Positions 27,477 through 32,000 of a DNA stretch of 32,000 bases are shown here, piece after piece. The translations under genes and the position numbers were made by a program. The stretch's first letter is position 1, and every line of letters begins with the position of its first letter. The stretch is from Breznakia sp. PF5-3 (GTDB lineage Bacteria > Bacillota_I > Bacilli_A > Erysipelotrichales > Erysipelotrichaceae), in assembly GCF_029504745.1 (NCBI RefSeq), contig NZ_JAQFIQ010000001.1, forward strand, positions 1 to 32,000, written 5' to 3'. The notes under the pieces are model-generated. The model worked only from the letters and a program-made list of their open reading frames with translations, was not told the DNA's origin and did not search any database.

Positions 27477-29947
27477 TGAGTAAACCAGAAAGTAAATTGC
27501 TTGTTACGCCTTTGGAAGAAATAATGGGGGATCGTTTTGGAAGATATTCTAAATATATTATTCAAGAACGTGCCTTACCAGATGCTCGTGATGGTTTAAA
27601 ACCAGTTCAGCGTCGTATTTTATTTGCAATGAATGAAGATGGCAATACCCATGATAAAAAATATCGTAAAAGTGCAAAATCAGTAGGGATTATCATGGGG
27701 AATTATCATCCGCATGGTGATAGTAGTATCTATGATGCAATGGTTCGTTTATCACAGAATTGGAAGAGCCGTGTGCCGTTAATTGATATGCAGGGAAACA
27801 ATGGTTCTATTGATGATGATCCAGCTGCTGCAATGCGGTATACGGAAGTTCGTTTGGCACCAATTGCACAAATGCTATTACAAGATATTGAGAAGGATAC
27901 AGTGGAATTTACACCTAACTTTGATGATACGGAAGAGGAACCAACAGTATTACCAGCAAGATATCCTAATTTATTGGTTAATGGAATTACTGGGATTGCT
28001 GCAGGTTATGCAACAAATATTCCACCACACAATTTAAATGAAGTTATTGATGCGACAATTTATCGTATTCAATATCCTAAATGTGAATTGAATGAGTTAA
28101 TGGATTATATTCAAGGACCAGATTTTCCAACGGGAGGAATTGTACAAGGATTACAAGGAATCAAAGATGCTTTTAATAGTGGTAGAGGAAAAGTAATGAT
28201 TAAGGCCAAGGCTGAAATCACGAAAACAAAAACGATTCAACAGATTGTAATTACTGAAATTCCATATGATGTAATTAAATGTAATCTAGTAAAGAAAATG
28301 GATGAAATTCGAATTAATAAAGATATTGATGGAATCATTGATGTTCGTGATGAGAGTGATCGCGGAGGATTAAAGATTGTCATTGATGTGAAAAAAGATG
28401 CTGATGCAAATTTGATATTGAATTATTTTTATAAGAATACAGATTTGCAAATTTCTTATAACTATAACGTGATTGCAATCGTGAATAAACGTCCTATGCA
28501 ATTGGGTTTAAAAGAAATGTTGGATGCCTTTATTGCTCATCGTAATGAAGTGATTATTCGACGCAGTAAGTTTGAATTGGCCAAAAAGGAAAAACGTTGT
28601 CATATTTTAGAAGGATTGATTAAATGTATTTCTATCTTAGATGAAGTTATTGCTTTGATTCGTGATTCAAAAGATAAAGGGGATGCGAAACAACGCTTAA
28701 TGGAACGTTATAGCTTTAGTGAAGCACAAGCGGAAGCTATTGTAACACTGCGTTTGTATCGTTTAACAAATACGGATGTAACATCCTTAAAAGAAGAATT
28801 TGCAATGTTATTGAATGAAATGGAAGAACTTCAAGATATTTTGGATAATCCAAAATCTTTAAAACGTTTGATGATCAAAGAGTTAAAAGAAGTAAAACAG
28901 TCTTTTGATTCTCAACGAATGAGTAAGATAGAAGAAGAAATTGAAGACATAAAAATTGATAAAGTACAGATGATTTCAAATGATCGTTATGTTGTGAGCG
29001 TATCGAAAGATGGATATGCCAAACGTGTATCTTTACGCTCTTATGGAGCTAGTGAAAATACAATGACCGGAATGAAGGAGGGCGATCATTTAATAGGCTA
29101 TGAAGAAGTAAATAACTTAGATTGGTTAATATTCTTTACGAATGCTGGAACTTATGGATATTTACCAGTATACGAACTTGGTGAGCATAAATGGAAAGAT
29201 TTGGGAACCCATCTAAATACAAAGATTAAAATGAGTGGAGATGAGAAATTAGTCAATGCTTTCATTTTGAAGAACTTTAAGCAAGATGGTTATTTTGTTA
29301 GTGTGTCACAACATGGGATGATCAAAAAAACAAAAATTGTTGATTTCCAAGTATCACGTAACAATAAAACAATGACTTGTATGAATTTGCATAAAGAAGA
29401 TGTATTGGTTGGTACTTATTTAGCATATACAGATAATGAAGTAATGATTACAACAAGAAATGGTTATTGTGCACATTATCGATTAGATCAAATACCAGCA
29501 AGTGCACCAAAATCAAAGGGTGTAAAAGCAATGAATTTAAATAATGATGTAATTGTTAGTGCTCAAATGCTGAATGATACTTCAAAACATTTATTGGTTG
29601 TAAGTGAAGGTGGATTGATGAAGCGAGTGAAACCATCTGAAATTGATTTAATGAATAGACCTGTGAAAGGAATATTGGTTCATAAGCAAGTAAAATCAAA
29701 TCCAAATTATGTTCGATATACCAAGATGGTTAGTAGCAATGATAAAGTTATATTTGTTGATGCTGGTGATGTACATGAAGTTGAAGCAAAAGATATATCG
29801 ATTATGGGACGTGAATCTTCTTTCTCAACCGTATTGAAGCTTACCAACGATTATTATATGGTGAAGGATATAAACATTGTAGAAGATATTCCAGCGAGTG
29901 ATGAAGATGACACAAAAGTGTATGAAGAAATCAAACTTGATGTATAG
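27476..29947 (+). CDS. parC: DNA topoisomerase IV subunit A
   Basis: The N-terminus closely parallels Firmicute ParC/GrlA (GDRFGRYSKYIIQERALPD.RDGLKPVQRRIL.AM; YHPHGDSS.Y.AMVRLSQ.W). I see no GyrA-box (QRRGGKG) in the C-terminal domain. The start overlaps the parE stop by 1 nt. Confidence 0.9.
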   Translation: MSKPESKLLVTPLEEIMGDRFGRYSKYIIQERALPDARDGLKPVQRRILFAMNEDGNTHDKKYRKSAKSVGIIMGNYHPHGDSSIYDAMVRLSQNWKSRVPLIDMQGNNGSIDDDPAAAMRYTEVRLAPIAQMLLQDIEKDTVEFTPNFDDTEEEPTVLPARYPNLLVNGITGIAAGYATNIPPHNLNEVIDATIYRIQYPKCELNELMDYIQGPDFPTGGIVQGLQGIKDAFNSGRGKVMIKAKAEITKTKTIQQIVITEIPYDVIKCNLVKKMDEIRINKDIDGIIDVRDESDRGGLKIVIDVKKDADANLILNYFYKNTDLQISYNYNVIAIVNKRPMQLGLKEMLDAFIAHRNEVIIRRSKFELAKKEKRCHILEGLIKCISILDEVIALIRDSKDKGDAKQRLMERYSFSEAQAEAIVTLRLYRLTNTDVTSLKEEFAMLLNEMEELQDILDNPKSLKRLMIKELKEVKQSFDSQRMSKIEEEIEDIKIDKVQMISNDRYVVSVSKDGYAKRVSLRSYGASENTMTGMKEGDHLIGYEEVNNLDWLIFFTNAGTYGYLPVYELGEHKWKDLGTHLNTKIKMSGDEKLVNAFILKNFKQDGYFVSVSQHGMIKKTKIVDFQVSRNNKTMTCMNLHKEDVLVGTYLAYTDNEVMITTRNGYCAHYRLDQIPASAPKSKGVKAMNLNNDVIVSAQMLNDTSKHLLVVSEGGLMKRVKPSEIDLMNRPVKGILVHKQVKSNPNYVRYTKMVSSNDKVIFVDAGDVHEVEAKDISIMGRESSFSTVLKLTNDYYMVKDINIVEDIPASDEDDTKVYEEIKLDV

Positions 29948-29953
29948 GATAAG

Positions 29954-30508
29954 ATGATGAGAAAAGTAGAGAAGCTAATACAGTTGATGAAGCAAAGCAA
30001 ATTTCAATATGATTTTGAAATTGGAAGTTTAGCCAAAGAAAGTTTTTCTGATAGCGAACAACTAAGCAATGAAGAATTTGTATGGGTTTTATTAGCATAT
30101 GCTTTAAAATATGAATTTTTTGATCAAATTAATGAACAGCGTTTTTGTCTTATGCAAGCACAAATTCTTATAGATAAAAAACATATATCTTTAGATATGG
30201 ATATAACAGTATTTTTGAAACAAAAGTTAGCTTTTCTTAAAGAAGCAAAAAAAGCACTGTTGCGGCAAATTGTGATAATTCAAATATGTACGGTTGCTTT
30301 GTTAATGGTCGTATTTATATTTTTGTTACATTATAATGTTATATATGTCTTAGGTATTACAATGGTTTTGACTGTTGCTAATTTGCTTATGATTTATCGT
30401 AGAGTTTGGCGAACGTTTAGTGACAATCAACTCTTGCAATTGCAATCTTATGTACAAGATGAAGAATTACTTAACATAATTGAGAATAATAGAGAAGGAA
30501 ATGAGTAA
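29954..30508 (+). CDS. Hypothetical two-TM membrane protein co-transcribed with parEC
   Basis: A 184-aa ORF that begins 6 nt after the parC stop. It has a soluble N-terminal region of about 100 aa, two hydrophobic helices (IVIIQICTVALLMVVFIFLL, VIYVLGITMVLTVANLLMIY) and an acidic tail. I recognise no family. Confidence 0.6.
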   Translation: MMRKVEKLIQLMKQSKFQYDFEIGSLAKESFSDSEQLSNEEFVWVLLAYALKYEFFDQINEQRFCLMQAQILIDKKHISLDMDITVFLKQKLAFLKEAKKALLRQIVIIQICTVALLMVVFIFLLHYNVIYVLGITMVLTVANLLMIYRRVWRTFSDNQLLQLQSYVQDEELLNIIENNREGNE

Positions 30509-30522
30509 ATTTCCTTTTTTTT
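30495..30522 (+). terminator. Rho-independent terminator of the parE-parC-orf184 unit
   Basis: AAGGAAAT-GAGTAA-ATTTCCTT followed by a T-run. The stop codon lies in the loop. Confidence 0.8.
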
Positions 30523-30525
30523 GTG

Positions 30526-30531
30526 TATAAT
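30526..30531 (+). promoter_or_regulatory. -10 hexamer TATAAT positioned for a leaderless methyltransferase transcript
   Basis: TATAAT ends 6 nt before ATG 30538. There is no SD, and no clear -35 because the T-run of the terminator lies upstream. Confidence 0.4.
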
Positions 30532-30537
30532 ATACTT

Positions 30538-31278
30538 ATGAAAATAAGTTCGTTACAAAATTCTAAAATAAAATTATGGATGAAGTATCATCAAAAAAAA
30601 TATCGTGATCAAGATCAACGGTTTTTAATAGAAGGGGAACATTTAATCAATGAGGCAATCCAAGCAAATTGTTTAGAGAGTTTGTTGATTCGAGATGGGA
30701 AGACAAATCCTTTTGGCTTTGCTAATGATGTATATGAGGTAGAAGGATTCATCATGGATAAGTTGTCACAAAATGTTTCAAAAGTAGATTATATTGGTAT
30801 TTGTACACATCCAAATATTATTTCTACTGAAAATAATAGATTGGTTTTTTTAGATGCAATACAAGATCCTGGAAATATGGGGGCAATTATTCGTAGTGCC
30901 TATAGCTTTGGTTATGATGCTATTTTGGTGGGAAAGGATTGTGTTGATATCTATAATGAAAAAACGATTCGTTCAACCCAAGGAGCGCTGTTTCATTTGC
31001 CAATCAAGCGTGTGGATTTACTTGATGAAATAAAAGCATATCAAGCAAAAGGCGTGCACATGATTGCAACTGCATTAACAAATGCAATGCCTCTTGAACA
31101 AATCACATTTCATCAAAAACAGGGATTGATATTTGGTAATGAAGGTGCTGGTGTCAAAGCGGAAATACTGGCAGTTGCAGATACGATTACAAAAATAGAG
31201 ATGATAAATTTTGAATCCTTGAATGTAGGAGTTGCTGCAAGTATATGTATGCATTATTTAAGAAAGGGAAAAGCATGA
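30538..31278 (+). CDS. SpoU/TrmH family RNA 2'-O-methyltransferase
   Basis: SPOUT motifs (D.IQDPGN.GAIIRSA..FG; LIFGNEG.G; IEM....ESLNV.VA..I). The preferred start is ATG 30538 (MKISSLQN). The track's GTG at 30523 lies in the terminator T-run and the -10. Confidence 0.85.
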   Translation: MKISSLQNSKIKLWMKYHQKKYRDQDQRFLIEGEHLINEAIQANCLESLLIRDGKTNPFGFANDVYEVEGFIMDKLSQNVSKVDYIGICTHPNIISTENNRLVFLDAIQDPGNMGAIIRSAYSFGYDAILVGKDCVDIYNEKTIRSTQGALFHLPIKRVDLLDEIKAYQAKGVHMIATALTNAMPLEQITFHQKQGLIFGNEGAGVKAEILAVADTITKIEMINFESLNVGVAASICMHYLRKGKA

Positions 31279-32000
31279 TTTATAAAATAGAAAAGGATCA
31301 ACTTCATAAAGTAGATAAAGTAGCAAAACAAGGATTGTTTTTTATAGATAAGATAGAGTATTTAGATGGATATGAAGAGTATCCTAGATTTGTGGAATCG
31401 ATTCAAAACCATAATATAAGATTTGAGAGTCATCTTCATTTTGATATTCTTGTACTTCCGAATTCCATTCACATGCATAAATCAAAAAATCATATCTATG
31501 TTTATTTATCAAAAGATCGTTCTTTTTTCTGTGGAAATAAGAAATATTTTAGTTCATTTATTAAACAACTTCCTTTGGATGATGAAAGTATGAATATTGG
31601 GAATATCATTCAAAAGCTTTTACATAGTATTTCTGATGAAGTATATCATCATCTAAGCGATCTTGAAAACAAGGCTTTGCAATTGGAGGATCATGTTATC
31701 AATGATCCAATGATGAAAAATGCAAATAAAAATATTTTGGCATTTCGTAAAAATCTATTAAGAATGAAAAGAGATTATAATAATCTTTTGGATATTGTAG
31801 ATTCGTTAATTGAAAATGATAATGGTTTATTTATGGAACTTGATATAAAGCATTTTAATATAGAGAAAGATCGCTTAAATCGTAATTATAATCATCTTTT
31901 ATCATTGATGGAATATATTACTGAAATTCGAGAAGCTTATCAATCGGCTGTTGATAATCGATTGAATGATATTATGAAATTATTTACTATCATCAGTGCG
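31275..32000 (+). CDS. corA: CorA-family magnesium/cobalt transporter, 5' partial (runs off the window)
   Basis: The frame stays open from ATG 31275, which overlaps the upstream TGA by 4 nt, to the window end (242 codons). The C-proximal sequence ..RLNDIMKLFTIISA matches the CorA segment preceding TM1. This ORF is absent from the supplied track because it has no stop in the window. Confidence 0.7.
   Translation, partial: MIYKIEKDQLHKVDKVAKQGLFFIDKIEYLDGYEEYPRFVESIQNHNIRFESHLHFDILVLPNSIHMHKSKNHIYVYLSKDRSFFCGNKKYFSSFIKQLPLDDESMNIGNIIQKLLHSISDEVYHHLSDLENKALQLEDHVINDPMMKNANKNILAFRKNLLRMKRDYNNLLDIVDSLIENDNGLFMELDIKHFNIEKDRLNRNYNHLLSLMEYITEIREAYQSAVDNRLNDIMKLFTIISA

Noticed and set aside
25554-29947. 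Alternative identity of the type II topoisomerase pair as gyrB-gyrA.
   Set aside because: Three points favour parE-parC. The A subunit lacks a recognisable GyrA-box in its C-terminal domain. Its N-terminus tracks Firmicute ParC/GrlA closely. The pair sits next to plsY, as in the conserved plsY-parE-parC arrangement. Phylogenetic placement would be the decisive test.

Overview
This is an AT-rich, tightly packed chromosomal core region of a low-GC Bacillota-type bacterium. It uses genetic code 11: TGA, TAA and TAG all act as stops. Coding starts mostly have strong GGAGG-type Shine-Dalgarno sites, many promoters have TGn-extended -10 elements, and terminators are clean rho-independent hairpins. 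I cannot place the taxon from sequence alone. The gene order echoes the B. subtilis ylo (rqcH...gmk) and yne (yneF...plsY-parE-parC) regions.

Contents, left to right:
- CDF metal exporter, convergent with pgeF/yfiH.
- CIRCE-controlled hrcA-grpE-dnaK-dnaJ operon.
- A TetR / zinc-ribbon / TfoX_C three-gene operon.
- Convergent cca-yfcE pair.
- CIRCE-controlled clpB.
- LUD-domain protein, cysE, and a CBS-domain family II pyrophosphatase.
- rqcH, divergent from gmk.
- UPF0154 (yneF-like) protein, a NodB polysaccharide deacetylase, and a monofunctional GT51 transglycosylase.
- A heterodimeric ABC exporter pair.
- Cof-type HAD hydrolase and plsY on the minus strand.
- parE-parC plus a coupled unknown membrane protein.
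- A SpoU/TrmH methyltransferase and the 5' part of a CorA-family gene.

I see no rRNA, tRNA, CRISPR array, transposase, integrase, phage gene or recognisable defence gene. I do not find a discrete novel multi-gene system, and the window looks like housekeeping DNA.

The best leads are regulatory or architectural:
1. clpB sits behind a tandem CIRCE operator pair that nearly copies the hrcA promoter design.
2. clpB has a conserved-looking internal SD+ATG at the N-domain boundary.
3. The TetR / Zn-ribbon / TfoX_C module is uncharacterised and has a palindromic operator.
4. An SD-equipped 18-codon leader ORF and a hairpin lie upstream of the ABC exporter with one degenerate ATP site.
5. Two genes show TATAAT-N6-ATG geometry with no SD, which makes them candidate leaderless mRNAs.
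6. A two-TM protein of unknown function is translationally coupled to parC.

Several longest-ORF starts in the supplied track were shortened to SD-supported ATGs.
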